Assembly (NCBI RefSeq): GCF_009914755.1
Contig: NC_060932.1
Length of the DNA stretch: 64,000 nucleotides
Reading direction: 5' to 3' (one strand)
Source: the human T2T-CHM13v2.0 reference genome, Homo sapiens
The notes under the pieces are model-generated. The model had not been told where the DNA came from and searched no databases. It was given only the letters and a program-made list of their open reading frames with translations. A program made the translations under genes and the position numbers. This document shows positions 41,630 to 57,762 of the stretch, in pieces. The number at the start of each line of letters is the position of its first letter. Position 1 is the stretch's first letter.

Positions 41630-42010
41630 AACTGTGCCTCAGTGGCAGAAATTGAGTAGTTGTTTACCAAATTGGTTTAGCTTTTGTTTTTCGTGGGTGT
41701 GCATACATGGCATTTCTTAGTTTTCCTTGCAGTCAAGGGGAGGCTGTGAAACTGAGTTGCAGCCAAGGACATGTACACAAAAGTGGTGCACAAGGGAAGT
41801 GTACAGGCTATTAAAAAAACACAAAACACAAGGTGACCCTGGGAGCCATGCATTAAGGATGGCTGAGCCTCTGTCAGACCCTAGACCCTGCATGAGGAGA
41901 GCACCATCACTCATCCTCTGCCACGGATTGGATTTTACCTCAGTGAAAAATTAGCTTCTACAACACAAGTCACTATATTAGGGAGGTTTGTTTGTTACAG
42001 TAGCTAGTGT
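41630..42010. mobile_element. Old MLT1-like LTR fragment
   Basis: ttttccttgcagtcaaggggaggctgtgaaactgagtt...gtttgtttgttacagtagctag. Confidence 0.45.
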
Positions 42011-42617
42011 TAACTAGTGGAAAACCAGCTAGGTTTTCTTCCCAATATTTCCTGCAAAAATGACTTATCCCATCCTATCCTAGCGTATTTCTGCCTTTCT
42101 AGAAGGAAGTATGAGAGCAGCTGGGTTTCTTGATGGACAGCGTAAAAAGACAGACTTAAACTACCAAGAAATAAAGGTTGCTGGTTCATGTTGACATACA
42201 AACTAGGGGTGAGAGAACATATTATGCAATTTCACATTAATAGAATAATTCTATTAGAATGAAGAGGTATGCGCCAAATGTGCTAGTATCATTAGTATGA
42301 GGTTCCAGCTGCATTTTGGTGAAAATAGAATTCCTAAAATAAAGTTGAATGAACCATCTGTTTTAAACAGAGCAAGCAAAAAAGAAGTTGGCTATTATTG
42401 CTATTATTGACATTGCAAATATGATTGAGAACTTCACCATCAGCAAAGCCTTGCTATAGCAGGAACTCTAGCGTTGAGGAACTCTAGGTTGAGAGAAAGC
42501 AGCGTATGCTTTCTCTGTGGTATGCTGACAATATGCATGTTGTCTAGTGCTACTTTTTGTAGTAGGAATGCTTATGTGAGAATTCAGAGACCTCATATCT
42601 TATTAATATTATATCCC

Positions 42618-43365
42618 ATGGTGTGCTGAAGTTGGCTCATACAAGCTCCTGAGAGCTGATAATTAAATACATTTTGTAGGCTGATTAGTTTTTAAACACA
42701 ATTATTATTAATTCAATTATATAAACATGTAAGTGCATAAATTATGTTGCAAAAAGGGTAAAACACTCTTTTGGGGGGTTGGGGGACAGGGTCTTGCTCT
42801 GTTGCCCGGGCTAGAGTACCCAGCCAGTGGTGCGATCATGGCTCACTGTAGCTTCAACCTCCTGGGCTCAAGCGATCCTCCTACCTTAGCCTTGTGAGTA
42901 GTTGGGACCACAGGTGCACGCCATCATGCCCAGCTAATTTGTTTGTTTTTTTTTAATTTGTAGAAATGAGGTCTTGTTATGTTGACCAGGTTGGTCTTGA
43001 ACTCCTGGGCTCAAGCAGTCCTTCCACCTCAACCTCCCAAAGTGCTGGGATTACAGGCATGAGCCACCATGCCGGACCTGTAAAACATTCTTAAAATGTG
43101 TCACCTTCTCATTATTTTACAATGTTTTACTATTATCTATGCTGTCGAGGTTATTTGTATCTATTGCTTGTGTATAGTGGAAATACTGTGTAATGAGTGC
43201 CACCGCACCTTTAACTCCATGTTCAGTGACTTTAGGTTGGAAACTTGAAATTGGCCAGAGTGGGAATATTTATACAACAGAAATGGGCAAATGCTACAAA
43301 TCAGAACTTCTCCTCTACACCCCCTACCTTCACCACCTAGAGAGCCAGTTGTTAAACATTTGCAC
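42618..43365. mobile_element. hAT DNA transposon fossil (MER63-like), interrupted by an AluJ
   Basis: ggtgtgctgaagttggctcatacaagctcctgagagctgat ... gagagccagttgttaaacattt match recalled MER63 ends. Confidence 0.6.
42771..43077 (-). mobile_element. AluJ, TSD gtaaaaca(c/t)tctt
   Basis: Antisense dimeric Alu; TSD at 42758-42770 and 43080-43092. Confidence 0.92.
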
Positions 43366-44303
43366 TATGTTCCTGGTTCTCTCACACAGTTATTTAAAAG
43401 ATTGCATTAAGCAGCTTTCTTCACTAGAGGACCCGAACTGTAGTTTATACACCCATTTTCCATGCTAGATAAATTGGGAGAGCAAATTTGAATGCAGAAC
43501 AGTTCAGCGTTTTTCTAAGGCAACAGCTAAGAGTTGCAGATTAACCCAAGGTTCATTATCAAAGGCAGAAGCATTTGCCTTACAGCTAAGCTCTCCCTGT
43601 CGAATAGGTTAGACTACCACTTGTTTCATTGTGGCAAAAACATTTGGGCTCAACTTCTGGAGTTTTGGAATATCAAGACAATCTATTTCAATGATTATTA
43701 AGGTATAAAAATGGGAATAGGTAGATTGCATAGGAGAAAAAAATTGTCATCTTAAAACAAGTTGTAGAGTTTCACGTTATTTCTCTTGATTTTATATTTC
43801 TTTCATACAGGCTTTTTTACGTATGACTTGGCTTGGGGAAAAGATACCAAAAAGCTGTATTGTCTATCTTTTTTTAAAAAGAACAATTTTTGGTCATAAG
43901 CCATGTAGAACGTTTGAATAGGCTGGAGTAAAAGAGCTGAAACTTCACATATGTATGTGTGTGTTTATGTGTATTAACAAGTCTTTTGACTTTCTTCTGG
44001 ATGCATCAAATGTAGTTAATGAGAATTCTGACAACTTTCTTTCCTCTTTCAACATTTCTAGCAAAAAAATAAAGGTCAAAGTCTTTCATCTAATCATAAA
44101 AATATAGCTCTTTGCAGCAAATTAACTCTTCTACAAATGTTGCATTCCCTGTAAAGAAAATATTTAAATATAAACTCTTTGACTTTTACTTTGAGGTTTT
44201 TACTTTCTAAAACAGACATTTTTTATTAGACTGTGTATAAAACAACTTAGCCTGAAAAAGAGAAAGCGTAGAGATTTAGTAGGAGATTCCCTCCCCTTCC
44301 CTC

Positions 44304-46722
44304 CAGCTTTATGGAGGTATAATTGACAAATATTTATGGTATACAACATGTTTTGAAATATGTGTAAATTGTGAAATGATCACCACAATCAAGCTAATTA
44401 GTGTATTAATCGCTTCACATAGTTATCACTTTTTTGTGGTGAGAACATTTAAGATCTACTCTCTTAGCAATTTTCAAGTATGGAATACATTATATCATAT
44501 TTTCTGTACCTATCCATTCATCCATCCGTGGAAACTTAGGCTGATTTCTTATCTTGCTATTGTGAGTAATGCTGCAGTGAACATGGGGGTACAGATATCT
44601 CTTTGACATATTGATTTTATTTCCTTTGAGTTACACACCCAGAAGTAAAATTGCTGGATCATATGGTAGTTCTATTTTTAGCTTTTTGAGGAACTTTCAT
44701 ACTGTTTTCCAAAATGGCTATATGAATTTACATCTCCACCAACAGTGTACAAGGGTTTCCTTTTCTCCACATCCTCACCAACACTTCTGTCTTTTTGATA
44801 ATAGCCATCCTAAGAGGTGTGAGATTATATCTGATTATAGTTTCGATTTGCATTTCCCTGATGATTAGAGATGTTGAACAACTTTTCATATGCCTGTTGG
44901 CCATCTTTATTTCTTTTTTTGAGAAGTATTTATTTAGGTTCTTCACCCATTTTTAATTGGGTTATTTGTATTTTTGGTATTGCATTGAATTAATTTCTTA
45001 TATGTTTTGAATATTTGCCTCCTACTGAATATATGGTTTGTAAATATTTTTCCTATTCCATAGATTGTCTTTTAATTTTATTGATTCTTTCAGTTGCTGT
45101 GCATACACTTTTTAGTTTGATGCAATTGCATTTGTCTATTTTTATTTGTCTATTTTTGCCTTTGTTGCCTGTACTTTTGGGGTCCTCTCCAAAAATTATT
45201 GCCAAGACAAATGTCAAGTAGCTGTTCCCTAATCTTTTCTTCCAGTAGTTTTATAGTGTTACATCATATGTTTAAATCTTTAGTCTACTTGAGTTTATTT
45301 TTATATGTGGTGTGAGATAAAGGGTCCCATTTAATTATTTTGCATGTAGATATCCAGTTTTCCCAGCATCATTTATTGAAGAGACTATCTTCCTCCATTG
45401 TGTGTTCTTGGCACCTTTGTGGAAGAGCAATGACCATAAATCCGTGAATTTATTTCTGGGATCTGATCTCTATTCTGTTCCATTGGTCTATATGTCCAGT
45501 ACCATGCTGTTTTTATCAGTGTGGCTTTGTAGTAGAGTCTGAAATCAGTAATGTCATGCCTTCAGCTTTGTTCCTTTTGTTCAAGGTTGCTTTGGCTATT
45601 GTGGGTCTTTTGTGCTTCTACACAGATTTTAGGATTATTTTTTCTATTTCTGCGAAAAATGCCTTTGGAATCTTGATAGAAATCACATTGAATCTGTAGA
45701 CAGCTTTGAGTAGCAGGGACATTTTAACAATATTAATTCTTCCCTTCCATGAACATGGGATTTCTTACCATTTATTTGTGTTTTCTTTAATTTCTTTCAT
45801 AGTTTGCAGTTTATTATTTCTTTCATGGTTTATAGTTTTCAGTGTACAGATCGTTCACCTTCTTGTGTTATTCCTAAGTGTTTCATTTTATTTTTTTATT
45901 CTATTTTAAATGTGATCATTTTTAACATTTCTTTTTTCCATAGTGCATTGTTAGTATATGGAGACACTACTGATCTTTTTAATGTTGACTTTGTATCCTG
46001 CAAGTTTACTGAATTAGTTTTTGGTGGAAGTTATATGGTTTTCTATATATAAGTTCATGCCATCTACAAATAGAGACAATTTTACTTCTTTCCAATTGAA
46101 TGTCTTTTATTTCTTTTTCTCCCCTAATTCCTCTGGTTAGGACTTCTTGTACTATGTTGAACAGAAGTAGAGAAAGTAGGCATCTTTGTCTTATTCTAGA
46201 GAAAAAGCTTTCAGCTTTTGACCATTGAGTATTATGTTAGCTGTGGGCTTGTCATATATGATCTTTATTATGTTGAGGTGCATTTTGTCTATGCCAAATT
46301 TGTTGAGAGCTTTCATTATGAAAGGATGTTGAATTTTGACTAATGCTTTTTCTGCTTCTATTGAGATCATCGTATGATTTTTGTCTTTTATTCTGTTAAT
46401 GTGATGCATCATAATTTTTCATTTGCATGTGTTGAACCACCCTTAGTTCTCAAGGATAAATCCCACTTGATCATGGCATATGATCATTTTATTGTGATAT
46501 TGAACTTGATTTGGTAGTATTTTGTTTAGGATTTTGGCATCCATGTTCATCAGTGATATTGGTCTGTAATTTTCTTTTCTTGTAGTATTCATATCTGGCC
46601 TTGTAAAATAAGTTTTGGAAGTGTTCCTTTATCTTTTATTTTTGGAAGAGTCTGAGAAGGATTGGCATTAATTCTTCTTTAAATATTTGGTAGAATTCAT
46701 CAGTGAAGGCATCAGGTCCTGG
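44304..46722 (-). mobile_element. 5'-truncated L1 (L1MA9/L1MB-like), 3' UTR plus ORF2 remnant
   Basis: ORFs 44728..44946(-) ([19 protein letters not shown]) and 46191..46412(-) ([37 protein letters not shown]) are L1 ORF2p segments. Confidence 0.93.
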
Positions 46723-47410
46723 GAATAGGAGTCTTTATTAATATGAAAGTCTTATCTTGAGGATGGTAATAAAGAATGAACGGTCTTGTTTTCCAATAAG
46801 AAAAAAAATTAACTGACATGTAAAAAAGCAATTCTTAATGTAAGAACAGTTACAATTTTGGCATCAGTTAGATACTAAATTGATTTAAGCTACTCTGGAG
46901 GTCCAAACACAGGATAAATGGTCAAGATTGGTGTATGTGTGGTCTTGGCCTGATCACAGTGTGATAAAACAGATACGTGGTAAAATTCATTTCCAAGACC
47001 GAGAATCAAATCACAATGCACTAGTTTGAGTATCTGCTCTTTGAGGGGCACTTTTTGCTCAGCTTTGTAGCATTGTGAAGAAACCGAAAACACAAAATCA
47101 TATATTTATATAAATGTACACATTGTGTATACCTTTATACATACTATATACTCATGTACATATATAAATACATATATTATGCTAGCTGAATGTTGCAAAC
47201 GTCAGTTTATTTCTCAAATCGTTATATGGAAACTGTAATATTTTAAATAAAATATTATCATGAATCTTGCTGTTAAAATACTCAATTGGTATTGCTGTGT
47301 TAGAAAAGCAAATGCTTTTTGTAAAACTAAAAGTTTTAGTATTTGGGAATAAGTATTTAATAAATTTATTTGCTGTTTATCTGCCCCCTTTTAGAGTATC
47401 GTTATTTTAA

Positions 47411-47596
<186 letters not shown>

Positions 47597-47973
47597 TAAA
47601 AGGTAGTTGAGAAACATAAAAGATTTTTCTAGTTTAGAAAATTCTTCGACTATATATACAAGCAAGCCTCTTTATTTATTTTTGGTATTTCAAGAATTCT
47701 AACGTTCAATTGTTTTCTCATTCTCTTACCTAATTCTAAATGGTAGTAGTACTGCTGCATCACTCACCAGGTTATATCCATGGAAAACCCTTTTACATGT
47801 AGCAACATGTCGTCAAAATACTTGAATTAAAAAAAATACAAATGTGTAAAATAAATGTAATGTCAGATTTTGTACAGTTGACAATACTTTGTTGATATAT
47901 GATGAACAAGTATTATAGATGTATTACTGTATTGGTATATTTTGTTTAATTTACGTTAGAAATTTTATATTTT

Positions 47974-48288
<315 letters not shown>

Positions 48289-48565
48289 AGAAATTTTATA
48301 TTTTAAGAAACATAATTTAGAAAAATCTTTGTATGTGTGTATGTCATATATGAGGAATTTATAGCACAATTTTAATCCTATTCTTTAATGATTTAAATCA
48401 TATTATTTTTATGATATATCATGATATTTGAATAATTTTTAAATTGGTTTAGATTTTGTGATGATTCTAAAATACTGACAGTGAATTAATTTGTTACTTC
48501 AAAATTTCATTGAAATGTCCCTTGGGTAATCTCACTTGTTTTTGATATATCTCTATTTTACGTAG

Positions 48566-48615
48566 GGTGTAAGATTATATTGTCGTCTTCATAGCCTTTT
48601 TACTCCAGTGATAAG
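48566..48615 (+). CDS. PREX2: PREX2 coding exon (probable exon 13): GVRLYCRLHSLFTPVI(R)
   Basis: ttacgtag|GGT, AAG|gtgagt; 50 nt, phase 0-2. Confidence 0.94.
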
Positions 48616-50724
48616 GTGAGTCTGGTTTTTAAGTTCTGGGAAACTTAAATGGAAATATTTGTACTATGTTTTAGGTAAATATTATTCAGCCAGAACTTGT
48701 TGGCTTATTTTGTTTTTTTTCACTTTACTTTAAAATATTATTTTAAGGAATAATTTATTGTAAAATATCCCTACATTTTCTTAAGATTCTAATTATATAG
48801 TGTTTTCCACTCTTTATTATGATTTCTAAAATTATTTTGCCATTAGTTCATAGTAAATTATACACTTGAAATAATCCACTTTCAGTTAATATTTAATAAA
48901 TTATAGTTGATTGATTGGGAGAGGATTTGGAAATACTGTTTACATATTTGCCATTATTATTACTTGTATATTAACTTTCTACATTAAATTGTATAATCAA
49001 ATATTGAATATGTATTTTATTTTATAATTTTTCTTCTCATAATCTTTTTTCCCAAGAAAAGATTTTGTACTTGGAAATTAAGAATTATTTTGAAGTTAAT
49101 AAGTATAATTTTATAATTTTATTCTTTATCATGTTTTTCCTTCTGAAGAGGCACACTTGTTTTAAAAGAGGAATCAGGATTAATTTTTAGTTTATCTCTT
49201 TAGAAAGGCAATAGAAAACTTTGAGGTTTGTATTATGATTACTAACAGAGTAGATCTTCAGGAAATTGTACTTTTGCAATATACACTGATATACCTTAAC
49301 TGATAGAATGTTAAACTAATTTGAAATGGTCAGATATTATTTGGAATTTACTGACTAAATCATAGTCCGCAACAAAATATGCCTGTACCATTTTCAAAAT
49401 AAATAAAAATGCTTTTCAATCTTGGCTATAAAATCCAAATGTTTAGTGTTTCTATTTTTCACTTTGGTTTGTAATTCCAAGAAAATGCGAAGCTTAAAAA
49501 AATAAAGATTGCAGATATTGCTAAGTATATTGGAATGCCCACTTATACTGCAAAGAGAACACACTGTTTGCAGGTCCTGGAGGAGAAAGCAGGATCTTAC
49601 CCACAATCCTGAAAGTGCCCTATTTACTTTCACAAGTAGACTTCACAAAGTGGAAAAAGATGAAAAAGAATAAATATTTGTTGACTCTGCCATAATTCTT
49701 TCACAGATACCCATAAATATTTTGGATAACTTGATATTAAGTACTTAATAGCAATTGGGTACTTAAATATTCTTTTCTGCTAAACTAAGATAAAACAATA
49801 ATGTTTAATGTACCATGTAACCTGTGTATATGTAGGTTTTATATGGGCAAAAATGTGTTCTGAAAATATATTTTAGTCATGTGAGATTTCTTATCAAGAA
49901 AGCTGCATCTGTAAGAGCTGATAAGGAATTTTTCTTTGGCTAAAAATGACAATTGTTTTTGAGTTGTCAAGAGAGAATTTATGGGAAAAAACCATAAAAC
50001 AGAAGGAATGTATGATAGTCAGGCTTTTAATATGTGTGAACTCAGCTTATAAAAAGAAAAGTTACTTAGCATGAAGAGCTGTAGACTTGCATATGGTCTG
50101 TAATAGACTACGCTTTTTCTTCTTACGATGCTTATGGAAAACAAGATGAAATGGGTGATGAGGTGTCAGAAACATGGAGATAGATTTAAAGAACAATGAA
50201 TATAGCTAGTAATTATTAGTCACTTCAAGTCTTTTGCAGTTTAGAATTTTTGACATTTTATAAAGACTGCCACTTTTTCATTTTTTTATGATCCAGGTTT
50301 GGAAAATAAATGAATTATAGGTTTCTGCCCTTGGGTATTCAGTTCTGATCATGAAATTTGGTTGGTATCCAACAGAACTTTGAATGGTTTCTCAGTTCTG
50401 GGAAATCTACTGAACGGAGAGTCTGAGGTGGAGAGCCAGTTGATCCTCTTGGTTCTCTGGGGATGTAGTATCACTATGTCCATGATCTAATCAGGCAAAA
50501 AGAATAACAGGTTCTTAGTGTGTCTACTTCAGGACAGACCTGCTTGTTTTCCACTAGGGCAGAGCTGTGAGAATAATACTGTAGTGCAAATCCAGCCTTC
50601 CTGGAGCATTCAGGAGCAGGAATAAAAGGCATTTCTTTACTCTACAGATTTTGAGATTTTTAGTATAATCTATTGTGATTTAAAGAGAAGAAATTCTATT
50701 TTATTATTTTATTAATACGATGTA

Positions 50725-50921
50725 CAGTAAGTTCTCACTTAATGTCATCAATAGGTTCCTGGAACCTGCAACTTTAAATGAAATGACATATAATGAAACC
50801 AATTTTGCCATAGGCTAATTGACATAAATAAGAGTTAAGTTCCAACAGCATCCAGTATTTCATTTCACTTAAAGTCGCAGTTTCCAAGAACCTATCCACA
50901 ATGTTAAGTGTGGACTTACTA
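50725..50921. mobile_element. TcMar-Tigger MITE (MER6-like) with ~60-bp terminal inverted repeats
   Basis: ta|cagtaagttctcacttaatgtc...gttaagtgtggacttacta|ta; the arms are reverse complements. Confidence 0.85.
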
Positions 50922-51025
50922 TATTTCCAGCTAATATAGCAGTAATAATCTATTTGGATATAAGACAATGTGAAAGAAGAGATGTCCTGTTTTGGTAACA
51001 TTGTGAGTCTCTTCCCTTGGTATAA

Positions 51026-51346
<321 letters not shown>

Positions 51347-52706
51347 TAAACTCTGAGTGTGTGAATTAGGACCTTTATTCTTTTTCATCTGTAGCAGGCA
51401 TTTAAAAAAAGAAGTACATACAACTAATAGGAAGCAGAGTTAGGATTTGAACCTAGATGATCAATTTTAGAGTCCTCAAACTTCGCTTTTGTGTTATCCT
51501 GTTTCTCAAAAAGAAGATGTTCCTATTTTTAAAATATCAGATGATCCATCAAAAAACACTAATTTGAGAATCTGAAGAATAGCTATGCTCATTTACTAAA
51601 ATATTTTTATGTTTTTTACACTTTGTTTTAAAGTCTCTGTTTATTAATGCTAGCAAGTTATTCTAATCTCCCTGTGCCTTTTTCCCTTTTAGAAAATAAT
51701 TGTGTTTTGATAATGAGCTTTAATGTCTGCCTGTGTCCATTTTAAAAAAGAAAGGAATTTATTGTTGTTATTGTTGACCTGCTTCTCAAGATTTAGATGC
51801 TGACTGCTAGAATTGAGAAAATGTCATTCGCTTATAAGTAAAACAAATTAGGGCATCCTTTCCATCATAAGAGACATTCAACCATAAATTATTCCAATAT
51901 TCAAAAGTTTAAGTATTGGTATTCAAATATTTAAATGTTTTATCATACTAGATCAACTAGTAAATGATAAAATGTGTTTCACTGATTAAAGAAAAGATGA
52001 AGAAAACTGATACCCACTGTAACTGAACTTACTATTTTGGGGGAGGGGATATTGCTTGGTTGAAATGCAAGTCACTATGTTTAGCTATGTGAGTCAATTT
52101 CATACACACCTTTACTTTTTCTTAAGGGTGGCTTGCTTTCTTTGTTTCAAGTAGATAATAGTTGATAGTTTGTCATAAAATGTTTATTTTTTGTTTCAGT
52201 TGTTAATACTTAATCCACATTTGGTTCATCTGTACACACATATTTTGATAATTTATATTAGTTAATATTATTTTTAGGCTGTTCAAGAACACCTATTTTT
52301 ATATTTCATAGCACTTACATTTATTACATTTAGAAGTTTTTAGATGAAACTAAACAATTACCTTTAGATAAAACATCAATTTATATTTTCAGTGGCTTTT
52401 CTAGCATCAGAGCCTTTCATAACACTGTGGGCAATGTGTGTCATTCGAGGTGATTTCTATGTTCATTATTGGAGTTGGACTTTCACATAGAAATTATACA
52501 GTTCTAGAATTCATGTGAACTTGTATGATGTGTTGATTACGTGAGAAACTTAAAGAAAATTTATCTGAAGCAAAAACTGATGCTGAGTAAACCTTTAAAG
52601 TTCTAGCTCAGGAAATCAGGTATCAACTTTTTTTTTTGGCACTTTTACTTTCCAAGGGTTAACATTAGAAGAATATATTAAGGTGCTCAAAAACGGCCAA
52701 GTTGCC

Positions 52707-52995
<289 letters not shown>

Positions 52996-54845
52996 GCAAT
53001 TTTTTTTTCTTCAGTTTTTCTTCGTGGTTTATTATGACAATGTCTGCAGAAATTGTACATAATAGGAATTGCATTGGCTGGGACTCACAACCTAGTGTCT
53101 GATGCCAGCTGTGCTAGTAACTAGTTATATAAACTTAGACAAGTCACTCAATCTCTATAGATTTTAGTTTTTACAACTGTTTACTGCTTACTGCAATAGC
53201 TGTACATGCCGTCTCTTTTCTATCACCGAAACTTTATGATTCTGATATTGTAAAACATCCTAATGTAAGTATCAACATAATCAACTCTGATTGCTTAACT
53301 TCTGATTAGGACCACATAGGCTGCCTTGGAAAAGGCAGAAATAGTAATGGAAGGATAAGAGAACAACAAGTTAAAGTTCTTAATCTAACATGAAGAAGAG
53401 GTTTTTGTTTGTTTGTTTGTTTGTTTTTTGTTTTTCATGTAAGGGTCTCTTTCTTCCAAGACTCTGAAATGATAATATTGAATGTCCAGTATGGACCGAG
53501 ACACTGAATTGATTTGGACGGTTTTAGAACACAGAGTAAAAAAACTGGCTCTACTATGATTGGAGTATATTCTAGAGCCTATAGTTTTTCTCTTATTCTG
53601 CAATATATTGTGCGATGTCATCTTGGAAGACAAAATGAGTGTTGTGTTCTTCTGAATACATTTTTCATTCACTGTTGTTGTGCTGCTTCTATTATAGTAT
53701 AATGGTTTGTAATAAAATACCCTGTTTCACAAAGTTAAATTCTTATTTGGCATGTGCAGTAATATACCTTTAAAACATCATTCAATTCCTGTACATTGTG
53801 ATTTGGGTATGGATCACTCATAGTTCATAATTAAATAATGCCTTGCTTCTTCACATCCATGCGGTCTTACTGTGCTTTTTCTAAATGCTCACCAGGTGCA
53901 TATGGCACAAGGAGGATTTTAAAAGAGCATAGGAAACCCAGAACATGTTAGGCTATGTTTTTTACACCATTATGTTCAATAATATTAGTCTGGCCAGTGT
54001 TTCATTTGAATAATCAATCAAATAAAGCAATCAAATGTCAGTGATTATTAAACAAGCTTTTCTTGTAAGCTTAATGTTCAAGCAAGTGCTTTGATGATAG
54101 AATACACAAACAAAGCAGGAAGCAATCATGATTTCTGCCTTGAAGTGATGTTGGTCAATTGGGCTAATTTTCATGTACCCTCTAAAGCTCTGCTGCAGCG
54201 TCATCTCCCCCAAGAAGCCTCGCCAGATCCTCTAGCCTAGGCTCAGGGTCACCTTCTGTGGTCCCAGATCCCCAGGTATATCTGCCTCATTGGGAATATG
54301 GATTAAATTGGTTATTAGTAAAGTACTTACCTTTTAATGACCAAATCCTACCCTAGATTTGCATTACCTCAGAGCAGGGAATTATTTTGTGCTTGAGTGG
54401 TTTAATATATTTTTTCTATCACTTGGCACAATATGTAGAAAAAATAAGTATCTTTTGAATGAATGCATAAAAATTACAAAACAGCTCGATTTTTGAAGAG
54501 GGCCAGATGCAGAGTCTGAAGTTACAGATTATGTGTTTAGTAGTTCTTAGGAGGATTAATGAGGGTTGGATTTGTCACAGCATGAGGTAGGACCCTTATT
54601 TTGCTCCTTTATAGACAGGTAGAATGTGAGTGAGTGGAGGGTAAAGAGAAGGGCATTGCAGCTATGAACAATTACATGAGTGAAAGCAGGAGAAGAACGA
54701 GCACAGACTTCAGGCAACAGCAGGGAGGCCAAGTTGCCTACAGCAAGAGGTATGGTATTGAGCTTTGGAGAGTGAAGCTGGAGAGATAGCATAAAACCAA
54801 GATATGGAAAGTTTTAAAAGCCCAACAGAGAATTTTGATACATTA

Positions 54846-55205
<360 letters not shown>

Positions 55206-55419
55206 TTAATTGTTAGAAAGAGTCCAGAAAAAATTATGGTAATTTAGAAGGGAGAAGAAGAAACACCATATGAAGGTATTGACAGTAGAAATGGAATAGA
55301 AGCCAGAGAGGAGAGAGTAGATTTGGTAACATACCTAAGTGCTAAAAGATAGGACTGGGGAAAAATGAGATAATATGTGAGAAAAAAGCTGCTTGAACTG
55401 TAACAATACAACTCTAAGG

Positions 55420-55420
<1 letters not shown>

Positions 55421-55450
<30 letters not shown>
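55421..55450. repeat. (CA)15 microsatellite
   Basis: Directly visible perfect repeat. Confidence 0.97.
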
Positions 55451-55452
<2 letters not shown>

Positions 55453-56117
55453 CATGTTCATATACATGGATCCATACTTAAAGGCATAAAATAGGTGTTT
55501 TCTAAATGAAAACCAAAAGAAAAAGGTTGCTTTGGGCGCTTTTGTTGGATTCAGTTAAATGATCTGATTTTTTTTTTGGCAAAATAATGAAAGAGAAGCT
55601 TGTATTTGCTAGCTCAGCCAAACGATTTACTTGTAAGGTCTTACAAGTCATCGTAGATTAATAGGTTTCTTCAGGGGTCCTCACAGGGCAAGGCCATTTG
55701 GTGGAAGGGAATAGTTAGTGACTGAGGTCATACATAATGATTGTTTAATTAGAGTGTTGTCAATTTACAGGATATTTCCCTGTTGCATAATTGGAATATA
55801 AAATCTAAGAAATCTAATCTAAGAAATAACAGGCATCATTTATGGTAGCAATAAATTTTTGTTACATAGTTTTGTGTACAATAAAGTATGTTTGTTTCTC
55901 AAGAAATATTAAATCTTTGTTTTACTTAATGCCAAAAGAAAATGTTTTCATAATCAACTGAATGTTTTGTAACAATTAGATGCATTCTGTCTTATAAAGC
56001 AATGCATGCTTTATAAGCGAAGCTTTGTCTGAATTTGGTGCTGGGAATGTTAAATGGAGCAAAGCTGCCACAAAGCCTTTAGTTGCCTATTAACTCCCAC
56101 AGTGCTTTTTTGGTTAA

Positions 56118-56246
<129 letters not shown>

Positions 56247-56862
56247 TAGGATACTGCAACACCCAGTGCTGCAGTGAGGTCATTTAGGGATGAGCCAGCA
56301 AGACTGTCTGGGTCTTGCCATGGGTTCAGGTTGGGTCACCACAACTGCATTCAGTTTTACTGCTGGTGCCATCCCTATGTCTAATTGCTGTTACCTACCA
56401 ATTGCCATGACTACTATCCTATTTTTCTAGACTATGCTGATTCTAGAAGAACAATGGCTTGAGCTAGAAGTTTTTCTGTTTTGTCTTGTTTTTAAGCTCA
56501 TAAACCTCTTTGAGACTATTTCAGATTAGACTTATGGTTTTATTTTGAATGCCAGTATATATTAGAATGAATAAATGACAGCATATGTGGTTGACTACTG
56601 TTATTTTTAAGAAAAATGTTTTTAAAATTACCTCAGAGAACAAAATTATAGATCTCTAGAAAAAAATTATTTTTAATCATTAAATGTTAATTTTTTTTCT
56701 TGTCTGATGATTTCAAGTAAGTCACCACAAAACCTCTTTCTACTGTGCCCTGGGATGACTTCAAGTAAGTCATCAAACAATAATTTTTAAATAAAGTTCT
56801 TAGATTTATCAGGGTAATGATAGCAAGCTTTTCCTGTTCGTAACATCATATAGAATCCATAA

Positions 56863-57186
<324 letters not shown>

Positions 57187-57762
57187 TCTTTTTAATTATT
57201 AATATAATATGCTTATAAACATATATTTGATAGCACTTATACCTGTTTGTCAGTTACTTTTTCAGAATATCTTTACATTTTTATGAAGAAGGAAGTACAG
57301 CAAAGGTTACAGTGATTTTGAGAAGGTCCTTGGTTATCATTTTTTTGGGGGAAATTCCATCCTGTTTCCCTATCTCCAGATCACTCTGTGAGTTGTCGTG
57401 GAGAAATATTGGTCCTTGAAGAACAAACTATGAACGGAAGAAATTACATCATGTTAGGGGATTAAACCTGTAATATAAAGCTGAAAACCTTCAAAAGTTT
57501 CCATTTTTTTTCTTTAAAGTAAAGCACCAACACACAGTAATTTTATCTAAGCGTTTATTATAAAATGTTGAGTTACATCAAAAGTTTTTCATACCAAAGT
57601 CTGACAGTAAAGCATGAACAGTGTAGCTCATGCCTGGCTTTATTGATGCCCTATCATGCTCCTTTTAAAAGACAATTTGGTGGAGGGAAACAGCTGTAGC
57701 AGAAATATTGTGTGAACTTTGGGAAACTGCTTAGATCATTAAGTCAATCTAAAATAGGTTCT

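Noticed and set aside
44376-46412. Reverse-transcriptase-like ORFs as an active element
   Set aside because: Short, stop- and frameshift-ridden remnants of an old 5'-truncated L1.
44278-46735. TSD for the L1 (taggag on both sides)
   Set aside because: Only about 6 matching bases for a very old element; not distinguishable from chance.
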